Source of the DNA: Deltaproteobacteria bacterium | GTDB lineage: Bacteria; Myxococcota_A; UBA9042 | Assembly (NCBI GenBank): GCA_020632665.1 | Contig: JACKFC010000008.1 | Location: 71,557-135,556 of the forward strand | Length of the DNA: 64,000 nt | Direction of reading: 5' to 3' | Part shown: in pieces, positions 9,835 to 18,359 of the stretch | Numbering within the stretch: position 1 is the first letter of the stretch | How the letters are laid out: every line of letters starts with the position of its first letter | Notes under the pieces: generated by a model | Told to the model about the DNA's origin: nothing | The model's database searches: none | What the model saw: only the letters and a program-made list of their open reading frames with translations | Program-made: the position numbers and the translations under genes

Positions 9835-12240
9835 CTAATTGCGGAGCGGCTTGCCGGTCTCGAGCATGTGGCGGATGCGGGCCTGCGTTTTTTCCAGGCC
9901 GCAGAGGTGCAGGAAGCCCTCACGCTCGATGTCGAGCAGGTCTTGCTCGCTGAGCAGGCCGCCCTTCTCGCCGCCGCAGAGCACCTTGGCGATCTGCGTG
10001 CCGACGATCTTGTCGTGCTCGCTCGCCAGACCCGACCAATGGAAGGCAGCCAGCGCCATCTCGAAGGCAGCGAGGCCCTCGGCGCCGGGCAGCAGCAGGT
10101 TGCTCGCCGGGCCGACGGGGCGGTAGCCGTCCTCGATCAGGCGCAGCGCGATCTTCTTCGCCTCGCCGATGCGACGGTCGGTGTCGATGCAGAACTTGTC
10201 GGTCGGCCGCAGGAAGCCCATCTCGAAGGCGTTGCCGGCGCCGGTCGCGACCTTCGCCATCGCCATCGCCTCGAACGCCTTCTGCAGCAGCGGCAGGCGG
10301 TCGACCTTGACGTCCGCCGGCACACCGGCGAGCGCGCGCACCGTCATCTCCTTGGTGCCACCGGCGCCCGGGATCAGGCCCACGCCGACCTCGACCAGGC
10401 CCATATAGGTCTCGGCGCCGACGACGGTGACGGCGCTGTGCATCGTGACTTCGCAGCCGCCGCCGAGCGCCATGCCGTGCGAGGCCGTGACGACCGGCAC
10501 TGGGCCGGTCTTGCAGCGCTGGGTGAAGCCCTGGAAGCGCTGCACCGAGGCCTCGAGCTGCTTCCACGCGCCCTGCATGATCGCGCCGCCGATCATCATC
10601 AGGTTGGCGCCGACCGAGAAGTTCGCGCCGTCGTTGGCGATGACCAGCGCGCCGTAGCGACCGGCCTCGCAGAGGTCGAGCGCCTTCTCGCCGAGCGTGA
10701 GGATATGCTCGTCGAGCGCGTTCATCTTGCTGGCGAAGGCGAGGCAGAGCACGCCATCGCCGAGGTCGAGCAGCTCGGCGCTCTCGTTGCGCTCGATCAC
10801 GCCGCCGGCGGCGCGGACGTCGGCCAGATCGATGCCGGGCAGCGGGGCGACCGGGGCCGCCTGCAGGCCGGCGGTCAGGCCGGTGCGGGCGCCGGGCGCG
10901 CCGCCGTAGAACGAGGTCTTGCCCTCGGCGAGCATGGTCTGCACCAGCTTCGGCACGGCGCGACCCTCGGCGCTGAGGCGATCGGCGACCTTCTGCACGC
11001 CGATGGCGTCCCAGATCTCGAACGGTCCGAGGGCCCAGTTGAAGCCCCAGCGCATGGCGCGGTCGACGCTGACGACGTCGTCGGCGATCTCGCCCATGCG
11101 GTTGGCAGCGTAGACCAGGCTCGACGAGGTCAGCGCCCAGGCGTAGTTGCCGGCCGCGTCGTCCGCGGCGCAGAGGTTGGCGATGCGCTGGCCGACGTCG
11201 GCGGTCTTGCGCGCCGCGCCGAGCGAGTCGGTGCGGAACTTGACCTGCTCGCGGTAATCCCCGGCGGCAGGGTCGAAGACCAGGATATTCTTGCCGACCT
11301 TCTTGTAGAAGCCGGCGCCGGCCTTGGCCCCCGTCGCGCCGGCGGCGACCAGCTTCTGGATCACCTCGGGCAGCGCGAAGACGTCGCGCTCCTCGTCGTG
11401 CGGCAGGTTGTCGTAGCAGTTGCGGGCGACGTGGCCGAAGGTGTCGAGGCCCACGACGTCGGCGGTGCGGAAGATGGCGGATTTCGGCCGGCCGAGCGCC
11501 TCACCGCAGATCGCGTCGATGGCCTCGATGCCGAGGTCGCTCTGCTGCCAGAGCTCGAGCGCCTTCATCATGCCGTGCACGCCGATGCGGTTGCCGATGA
11601 AGTTGATCGTGTCCTTGGCGATGACGACGCCCTTGCCGAGGTCGTCCTGGCAGAAGGCCGACATCTTCGCGGTCACAGCCGGATCGGTATCGGCGCCCGA
11701 GACGATCTCGAGCAGCTTCATGTAGCGCACCGGGTTGAAGAAGTGGGTGATCAGGAAGTGCTTGCGGAAGCCCTCGCTGCGCCCCTCGGCCATCGAAGCG
11801 AGCGGGATGCCGGAGGTATTGCTGCTGACGATGGTATGCGGCGCGCGGTGGGCGTCGATCTTGCTGAAGACCGCCTGCTTGATGTCGAGGCGCTCGACCA
11901 CCGCCTCGACGATCCAATCACAGGCGCCGAGTTCGGCGAGATCGTCTTCCAGGTTGCCGACGCTGATCAGCGCGAGATCCGAAGCCTTCTGGTAGATCGA
12001 GGGCTTGGACTTCGGCATCTTCCCGAGCGCACCAGCGGCGATCGCGTTGCGCCGACCACGGACGGCGGCGTACTCGGGCGCCTCGGCGTCGGCGGGCAGC
12101 GCCGGAGCGTCCTTCGGCACGATGTCGACCAGCAGGACGGGGACGCCCGCCGAGGCGAGGTGCGCGGCGATGCCGCTGCCCATCACGCCGGCGCCGATGA
12201 CGCCGACCTTGCCGATCCGCTTGTTCGGGGTGCTGCTCAT
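9835..12240 (-). CDS. 3-hydroxyacyl-CoA dehydrogenase / enoyl-CoA hydratase (FadN/FadB-type)
   Basis: GAGVMGSGIA Rossmann motif, SSNTSGIP, HFFNPVRYM, C-terminal crotonase GGGCE and GLVEVGVGLIP; adjacent to thiolase. Confidence 0.92.
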   Translation of the reverse strand: MSSTPNKRIGKVGVIGAGVMGSGIAAHLASAGVPVLLVDIVPKDAPALPADAEAPEYAAVRGRRNAIAAGALGKMPKSKPSIYQKASDLALISVGNLEDDLAELGACDWIVEAVVERLDIKQAVFSKIDAHRAPHTIVSSNTSGIPLASMAEGRSEGFRKHFLITHFFNPVRYMKLLEIVSGADTDPAVTAKMSAFCQDDLGKGVVIAKDTINFIGNRIGVHGMMKALELWQQSDLGIEAIDAICGEALGRPKSAIFRTADVVGLDTFGHVARNCYDNLPHDEERDVFALPEVIQKLVAAGATGAKAGAGFYKKVGKNILVFDPAAGDYREQVKFRTDSLGAARKTADVGQRIANLCAADDAAGNYAWALTSSSLVYAANRMGEIADDVVSVDRAMRWGFNWALGPFEIWDAIGVQKVADRLSAEGRAVPKLVQTMLAEGKTSFYGGAPGARTGLTAGLQAAPVAPLPGIDLADVRAAGGVIERNESAELLDLGDGVLCLAFASKMNALDEHILTLGEKALDLCEAGRYGALVIANDGANFSVGANLMMIGGAIMQGAWKQLEASVQRFQGFTQRCKTGPVPVVTASHGMALGGGCEVTMHSAVTVVGAETYMGLVEVGVGLIPGAGGTKEMTVRALAGVPADVKVDRLPLLQKAFEAMAMAKVATGAGNAFEMGFLRPTDKFCIDTDRRIGEAKKIALRLIEDGYRPVGPASNLLLPGAEGLAAFEMALAAFHWSGLASEHDKIVGTQIAKVLCGGEKGGLLSEQDLLDIEREGFLHLCGLEKTQARIRHMLETGKPLRN

Positions 12241-12351
12241 GCGAACTCCTGAAGCTGAGTGGGGTCGCCGACCGCTGCGGCGAGGGCGCGGAAGCTAGCG
12301 TGCGGGGCATCTGGTCGCAAGGTGGTGCAGATGCGGCGCGCGGTTGTGTCG

Positions 12352-12480
12352 ACCCCTCTCTGGCCCGCTGGGCCATCTCTCCCCGCTTAGCGGGGAGAGA
12401 GAAGCGTCTTCGATCCGCAGAGCTGTGCCGGCTTTCCCGTTCTCTCCCTGTTGGAGAGATGCCCGTAGGGCAGAGAGGGT
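12352..12480. repeat. Inverted pair of REP-like hairpin elements
   Basis: 12352-12400 ACCCCTCTCTGGCCC..GGGCCATCTCTCCCCGCTTAGCGGGGAGAGA versus reverse complement of 12441-12480 ACCCTCTCTGCCC..GGGCATCTCTCCAACAGGGAGAGA; perfect 11-bp stem at 12376-12400. Confidence 0.7.
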
Positions 12481-12549
12481 TTTACGGTACGGGAATACGG
12501 CGTGAGTCGGCGAAGGAGCGGTGATTGGCCGGATGCGCCGGGTCCATGC

Positions 12550-13119
12550 TCATTGGCAGATCTTCACCGAAAGGTGCCGATCGGGGGCATCGATCCACTC
12601 GTCTTCGGGCGCGACGAGGTCCTCGCCGCCCTGCCACTCGACGACGACCTCGATATCGTCCTTGCCGAACCTGCACCTGCCGGTCTCGGGGTCGAGATCG
12701 CAGGGGGTCGCGATGACGGTCAGCCGTCCGCGATCCCGGCAGATTCCATCCTTGAATTTTATGAGTGTCCCGGAGTGACGCCAAGCCTTGGGGTCCCACT
12801 CAGGGTAGTTGACGTAATCGCTGCGGCAGCTCATGTCAGAGCGGAAACTCCATGCTTTAGAAAGAACTCTCTTGGCCTCTGTCAAACTCTGTCCCGGGAG
12901 CGGCTCTTCGAAAATCTCGACTTCGTATCGTAGGTCAGCGATATCTCCTGGCAGATCATATGTGCTCGGACATCCACCGCAAATCTCCGCTGTCACAGTG
13001 AGATCGAGCCAGCATATTTCCGTTGGTTTCGCGTAACAGCCTTGCGCGCCTGAGACGAGGATCACGCTCGCCACTGCCAAATGCGCGGCTGCGCTACGCC
13101 ATCGTCGCGCGCTACTCAT
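12550..13119 (-). CDS. Hypothetical Cys-rich exported protein or lipoprotein (189 aa)
   Basis: Basic N-terminus plus hydrophobic stretch ending AQGC; start overlaps stop of upstream gene (ATGAGTAG); GGAGG upstream. Confidence 0.7.
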   Translation of the reverse strand: MSSARRWRSAAAHLAVASVILVSGAQGCYAKPTEICWLDLTVTAEICGGCPSTYDLPGDIADLRYEVEIFEEPLPGQSLTEAKRVLSKAWSFRSDMSCRSDYVNYPEWDPKAWRHSGTLIKFKDGICRDRGRLTVIATPCDLDPETGRCRFGKDDIEVVVEWQGGEDLVAPEDEWIDAPDRHLSVKICQ

Positions 13120-16100
13120 CGAGGCCGCCTCCCTCCGGCAAGGTGCTCATCCAGTGCGCTTTCGGCTTCGGCGGTGGCTCGGGCAGCTTCAATCCGACTG
13201 TCGACCCAGCATCCCGCGACACGCCGCCACCAACGACTTCGGTATCGTCCACCGCAGTGGGATCGGCGACGAACACGGTCTTGGTAGAAACCCTCGCGTA
13301 GCGCTCCTGCCAGCCCGCGCTCTTCGTGCTCTGGATCGGCAGTAGCAGCTCATGCAAGGGCCCCGGCCACGTTGCGGAGGAGGGTAGAGTGTATGCTGCG
13401 GTCAGTCTCTTACCGAGCAAGTCCAACCACGGTCCGAATTCTCCCCACTTGGCTGCGACGCTGGGGTCGAGCAACTCTGCCTGTGCACGGCGCACAAGAG
13501 CGAGCAGGTCACCGTAGGCGCTCACGTCCGCCGTCGTCGAAAACCATAGCAAGAGAGGCTCGGCCTGCGCTTCATCCAGGTACTGAGCAAGCTCTGAATC
13601 GCTAAGCTTCTTCCACGAACTCAACGCCTTGATGAGAGCACTCGACTCCTGCTCCGCGCGCAGCGTCGCGACGGGTGGGGACCCTCCACTCCCGGGAAGC
13701 AACTCCTTGGTCCATGCAACCTCACCGTCGGGAGGGAAGCCCGGCCACGTTGGCGCGGCGGCCATCGCAACCCGCAACGGCATCGTAGCAGGACCAGACG
13801 CTGCTCCGCGCCATGGAGGTTGCGCGATCTCCGAGGCCGCGCCGGTCCAAGAGCCGGGGATACCGCCAACTGCTGGGCCGTGGACCTCGGCGCGAATCGA
13901 TGCGAGCGCTTCGAGCCGGCGGGTTGTCACATGCACGCCGCCGGCCACGGCCTGCGACGTGACCGACACCACACCAGAAACCGGCTCGTGGACGAAATCC
14001 GAATCCGCCGACGCGTTCACCCCAACAATGACACTGCCGGCTGGTGCCGCCTTGGGCCACTTCGCCGGGGGAAGGGCGAGTTCGATCGAGAGGGCGTTGC
14101 CATCGATCGCGCGGAAGCGGGCGACGACAGGATCCAGCTCCGGCGAGACGCGTGCAACCGCTTGCAAGGAAGCCGCGATTTGCTCGTTGAGGCGTTCGGC
14201 GAGTTTCTTGGCCTCATCCTTGAGATCTTCCTCGACGAAATCGAGCACAGAGTAGCTATGTAAGTCCAGAGGAAAAGGCGCGTTCGGGCGGACACGTACG
14301 TCGGTAAAGACCACGGTAGCAAACTCGGGAGGCTTTTCGCCGTCCAACGGTCCCAGCGCCGGCTTCAACTCCGCGCATAGCGACACCTCCATCAACCCTT
14401 CGCCAGACAGCCCATCTCCAACTGGAAGCAAGACCAACTTGATGTTGATTTGGGCGCCGTCCAACCCCAGGTTCTGGACGGTCACCGCGTAGGCCCCATC
14501 TTGCACTGCCTCGCGCAGCGCGCCTTCGGATGCGAACGCATCCCGAAGCTGGCCCAGTGCTTTGGCGACTCCTGCCGCAGCGAGGATTGTGAGCGGCGGC
14601 ACCGCCAGTGCCAGTGCAATAACAACTACCAAACCGAGGGAAACACCAACGAAGAGCGCGATCGCAACCAACTCCTTCGCCGGGATATCGAGTTTAGCGA
14701 ACCACTCGCTCGCGGCGAACGTCACGTTGACGGCGAGCCACTCGAATGGGCTGTCTGCGAGCTTCTTCAAGGTCTTGTGAACGCGTTGCAGACCAGACTC
14801 TGCAGCAACCGGTTCACACACACAGTCCTTGTCGCCACCAGTCTTCTCTTCGGAAACCCCGGCCGCGGGCACTTCGGCCATGTTGCGCGGAAATTCCCAA
14901 ATCATCGTCTGCTCGATGATCGCGGCGAGATAGAAGCGACCGATGTCGACGACCAGCCCCTCCGCCATCGCCTCCGCTCCAACGGCCGGGCCACCCATGA
15001 TGGGGTCCAACTGCACGTTGTCCTGGCTCAGGCGGGCCAAGAATTCCTCCAGTTCAGCTTCGACCTCCGCTTGTCGCTCGCGCTCTGCGACGGCGCTGGC
15101 CGCGCCAAGGATGGCTTGTGCCGCTTGCGCGTTGACGCCTGGTGCCAACGTGGCGAGCGCTGTGGGATTGGCAAGCCAGCTCTGGAGTTGTGCGACGTAG
15201 GCTCCGAGTGTGGACGTTTGTGGATCTAGGGACTGCGCCCCGGTCAGCGTCTGCGCAACGGACGTCCCACCGTCGAAGACGTAGGAGAAGCCCCACCACC
15301 CAGCATCTCCTGCTGCGGTCGTCAGCCTGGAATTGCCCGTCGGAAACACCCTGAGCAACGTTCGAGCTTGGTCGTCGCTAATCCCGAGATCCGCGACGCC
15401 GAGTTCATCGACGCTCATGCCCTTGAAGCTCGGACCGATGCCTTGGAAGGCGTCGAATGCAGCGTGCCGCGTCAAACCGACCGCACGCAGCATCCCACCG
15501 GCGTTGCGGGCGGCGAAACTCTCCAGCAACGAGACGACGCCATACGCCGCAGGCAACCCCGCGGCCCGGCTGGCGAGAGCGCGCAGCGCCACCGTTCCCT
15601 CTTCCCAATCCGAAGCGGGCACGCCGCTCGGAGGTGCGGTTACCCAGCCTTCTGCGTCGGAAGCCTCTGCTTTCGCAGACGGCGTACCTCCTTGGTGGAA
15701 CAGATCGACGGCCAGTTGGCTGGTCCAAACCGACCGACAGAACGATCGCCACGTCACGGCGGGGCCGAGTTCGACGCTCCCCGGACCCACTTGGTCGATC
15801 TTGCCGATGGTGTTGGCTTTGAGTCCGCCCGTTACCTCATGCACGCCGTCCATCCCGAGCCCGATGTCAAGCACCAGCCCGCTCGGAATGAACTCATCGC
15901 TGCCAACGCTCATAAGTGCGCCCTGCGGGGACGTGATCCATGCATCGCTGGCCAACGTTTGCGCGGCGTCGAGCAAGGGTATGGATGCAAGCAAGTTCAG
16001 CATCACTTCGAGCCCCAGCGGCGCAACGGTTGCCGCTTGGAATCGAGAGCTTGCCAAAACCCTGTCTGCTCGCCAACGGGAATCGATCAACCCAGAAGCA

Positions 16101-16405
16101 GCCCACGCACGATGGCACAGCAGCTCCGAACCCTTAATCTGGAACGAGAGATCCAACGGCAAGAGCTGGAAGGTTGAGTCCCCCGGTGTCGGCAGCAGAT
16201 CGCTCGTCGGATCTGCAAGCAGCGGAGCCGCTCCAGCGAACAGCAACTGGACTACGACGCTCGGCACGCCCTGCTTGCTGAGAAGATCACTCGCGGTCGG
16301 ATCGCTCTGGGCAAGGGCGCGGGCAAGTGAGGCGAGTCCGGCCGGAGACCACCGAACCCGCAGGTCGAACCGCCGCACCATGCCGGCTTCGCCGATGAGG
16401 ATCAT
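13112..16405 (-). CDS. Hypothetical 1097-aa protein with central hydrophobic segment
   Basis: 3.3-kb open frame in lower-GC DNA; ATGA overlap with upstream ORF; no recognisable family motif. Confidence 0.8.
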   Translation of the reverse strand: MILIGEAGMVRRFDLRVRWSPAGLASLARALAQSDPTASDLLSKQGVPSVVVQLLFAGAAPLLADPTSDLLPTPGDSTFQLLPLDLSFQIKGSELLCHRAWAASGLIDSRWRADRVLASSRFQAATVAPLGLEVMLNLLASIPLLDAAQTLASDAWITSPQGALMSVGSDEFIPSGLVLDIGLGMDGVHEVTGGLKANTIGKIDQVGPGSVELGPAVTWRSFCRSVWTSQLAVDLFHQGGTPSAKAEASDAEGWVTAPPSGVPASDWEEGTVALRALASRAAGLPAAYGVVSLLESFAARNAGGMLRAVGLTRHAAFDAFQGIGPSFKGMSVDELGVADLGISDDQARTLLRVFPTGNSRLTTAAGDAGWWGFSYVFDGGTSVAQTLTGAQSLDPQTSTLGAYVAQLQSWLANPTALATLAPGVNAQAAQAILGAASAVAERERQAEVEAELEEFLARLSQDNVQLDPIMGGPAVGAEAMAEGLVVDIGRFYLAAIIEQTMIWEFPRNMAEVPAAGVSEEKTGGDKDCVCEPVAAESGLQRVHKTLKKLADSPFEWLAVNVTFAASEWFAKLDIPAKELVAIALFVGVSLGLVVVIALALAVPPLTILAAAGVAKALGQLRDAFASEGALREAVQDGAYAVTVQNLGLDGAQINIKLVLLPVGDGLSGEGLMEVSLCAELKPALGPLDGEKPPEFATVVFTDVRVRPNAPFPLDLHSYSVLDFVEEDLKDEAKKLAERLNEQIAASLQAVARVSPELDPVVARFRAIDGNALSIELALPPAKWPKAAPAGSVIVGVNASADSDFVHEPVSGVVSVTSQAVAGGVHVTTRRLEALASIRAEVHGPAVGGIPGSWTGAASEIAQPPWRGAASGPATMPLRVAMAAAPTWPGFPPDGEVAWTKELLPGSGGSPPVATLRAEQESSALIKALSSWKKLSDSELAQYLDEAQAEPLLLWFSTTADVSAYGDLLALVRRAQAELLDPSVAAKWGEFGPWLDLLGKRLTAAYTLPSSATWPGPLHELLLPIQSTKSAGWQERYARVSTKTVFVADPTAVDDTEVVGGGVSRDAGSTVGLKLPEPPPKPKAHWMSTLPEGGGLDE

Positions 16406-16707
16406 CGTGGTCCGTCGCGCCTGGGATGGGGACGACTCCTACCGTCCCACCCAACCAGCATCTTCCCGATTTGTGCAGCCCAACGATCGGGCTTCGCCCC
16501 ATCGCCGCTGATTCGTACTCCCAGCGAGGCGGGCCCAGGCGAATCTGCATGCACCCTGGCGCTATCCGTGCGGGAAGTTGGAGAGACTGAAGTCATCGGC
16601 GCTCGAGCGCTAAGAACCGACCCGAGCGAAGCAGCATCGGCCCGAACGATCTCCACTTCGGGGCTGCCGATGATGACCTGACCATCACGCCGCGGTTCCG
16701 CGCTCAT
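16402..16707 (-). CDS. Hypothetical protein (101 aa)
   Basis: ATG at 16707 overlaps the TGA of the upstream gene; its TGA (16404-16402) overlaps the ATG of the 1097-aa gene. Confidence 0.6.
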   Translation of the reverse strand: MSAEPRRDGQVIIGSPEVEIVRADAASLGSVLSARAPMTSVSPTSRTDSARVHADSPGPASLGVRISGDGAKPDRWAAQIGKMLVGWDGRSRPHPRRDGPR

Positions 16708-17207
16708 CGACGCACCGTAGCAATCCGGGGCTGCGCTTGGCGGGGAAATGAAACGACGGGTCGGCCAGCGAGGCGTTCGTACCGAGCTAACGCTACCCAC
16801 GCACGGATTTGCACCATCGCGGCATCGCCCCCCGCACTCGCAGCATTGGTCAGGGTTAAGCGACCAACGCCGCCGGCATCCAGATTCGTCGCATCTTCAC
16901 GGCCCAAGACGATCTGCGCCACTGTCACCACATCGCGCGGCAGATCGATGAGGCTGCCAAGGGCAGAGCCGAACCGATCGTCACCGGGACCGTTGATGTT
17001 CGTGCGCTCGATGTCCAAGGAAACTTCGGGTGGATTGGTCGCGTGAAGGCCGAGCACCCGCGCTTGCACGGTGATCAACGCCTGATTGTAGGCGTCGAAG
17101 TTGATGTAGTTCTCCGGCGGGCATGCCCACCAGTTGGCGTAGGCGCTGTCTGACGCATCATCCAGCGTAACCGTTACGTCCAGCCAGAGTTTGGGTGTAT
17201 TTGACAT
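16704..17207 (-). CDS. Hypothetical protein, paralog 3 of tandem trio (167 aa)
   Basis: ATG at 17207 preceded by GGAGGAG; shares motifs with the two upstream ORFs. Confidence 0.8.
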   Translation of the reverse strand: MSNTPKLWLDVTVTLDDASDSAYANWWACPPENYINFDAYNQALITVQARVLGLHATNPPEVSLDIERTNINGPGDDRFGSALGSLIDLPRDVVTVAQIVLGREDATNLDAGGVGRLTLTNAASAGGDAAMVQIRAWVALARYERLAGRPVVSFPRQAQPRIATVRR

Positions 17208-17221
17208 ATGCTCCTCCATCG

Positions 17222-17668
17222 CTAGCCTCGCACCAATGCAACCGAGCAGCGCAGCCACACGACAGCCCATTCCGTTGCCGCGCCGGCGTTTTGCGCGATC
17301 AGCCGGCCGATGCCGCGGGGCAACTTGCGGATCGTACCGGCGGCCCCTGACATGTTTTGGTCCAAGCCGTAGCTGGCAGAAACGACGCCGGCGCCAGCCG
17401 CCGTTCCGGATGGCAAGAGCCAGGACGTCGTTGCGGTTGGCTCCATCGACTCGAACGCCGCTTCGAGCTCGACGCGGGCGGCGGACCGCTGCATGCCGAC
17501 TCTGACCGAAGCTGCGCCCGGCCCGGCCAAGCTGTATTCGAGCGTCAGGTAGGCTTGGTCGGCTTCCCCGAAGTCGAGAAAGTCATGCGGGGCCATCGTC
17601 CAGACGTCCACTGCAGTATTCGAAGCTCCAACGAATACAAGGCCTTCGTACCAGACAAATGACTTCAT
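17222..17668 (-). CDS. Hypothetical protein, paralog 2 of tandem trio (148 aa)
   Basis: RBS AGGAGTGAGG before ATG; shared motifs with both neighbours. Confidence 0.8.
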   Translation of the reverse strand: MKSFVWYEGLVFVGASNTAVDVWTMAPHDFLDFGEADQAYLTLEYSLAGPGAASVRVGMQRSAARVELEAAFESMEPTATTSWLLPSGTAAGAGVVSASYGLDQNMSGAAGTIRKLPRGIGRLIAQNAGAATEWAVVWLRCSVALVRG

Positions 17669-17693
17669 GACCTCACTCCTGTCGAGGCGATTC

Positions 17694-18128
17694 CTAGTTG
17701 GTGATCACGTGCGCCCGCACTCGGATCGCAGCCCACTCACCAGCGCTAAAGCTCGCGGCACTGAGTTCCGTGCGCAAGCGCCCCAGCGGAAAACTCCATC
17801 CGTCCACGCCGAGCCCACCGCCGCTGCCCAGAACAAGGCCCTCGACGCTTTGACCACGCGTCAACGTCATCGATCCAGATCCACCCGTGGTGACGATGTC
17901 GGCCCAGAGGTCTTCGTCGGCAGAGGGAGCTGCTGTGCGCTGCACTTTCAAGCTCGTCTTGGTCGCGCCCGGTCCGACACCAGTGACCTCGAACTCGAGC
18001 GTCGCCGACTCCACTTCGTCGAATGCCAGCCAATGGCTCGGCGGCAGGGTCCACGAAGTTGCTGCTCCCTCGTAGAAGAAGACCCAGAGATCATGCCACA
18101 GCCGGCGCTGTGCTCGACGCGTAGTCAT
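17694..18128 (-). CDS. Hypothetical protein, paralog 1 of tandem trio (144 aa)
   Basis: RBS GAGGAGG before ATG; shared motifs with the downstream ORFs. Confidence 0.8.
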   Translation of the reverse strand: MTTRRAQRRLWHDLWVFFYEGAATSWTLPPSHWLAFDEVESATLEFEVTGVGPGATKTSLKVQRTAAPSADEDLWADIVTTGGSGSMTLTRGQSVEGLVLGSGGGLGVDGWSFPLGRLRTELSAASFSAGEWAAIRVRAHVITN

Positions 18129-18169
18129 GTCACCTCCTCGGCACTCAACGTTTAGTAGGTGGCAGTGAA

Positions 18170-18235
18170 GCAGATTCTACCCCCCCCGTCAACAACAATA
18201 TTTCATTTTATAATCATGTTGTTATGCAGTAAGCT
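18170..18235. promoter_or_regulatory. AT-rich upstream region of the island operon with 7-bp inverted repeat
   Basis: AACAACA (18191-18197) / TGTTGTT (18217-18223) flanking a 19-bp very AT-rich spacer; -10-like TAAAAT and TAGAAT on the minus strand. Confidence 0.5.
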
Positions 18236-18359
18236 GGGGGCGTCTGGCGAAAAAGGGAGAGATGCATCGCACCGCCCTTCGACGGAGATATCGAGAACCC
18301 ACGGCTCGCGGCCGACACCGAACTCTCAACGCATCTTTGGCAAGCCCGCTCGCTCTAGG

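Noticed and set aside
18174-18192. TTGACG...TAGAAT around a poly-G tract as a phase-variable sigma70 promoter
   Set aside because: Spacer is only 7 bp; it would need about 10 more G to reach 17 bp, which is implausible by slippage
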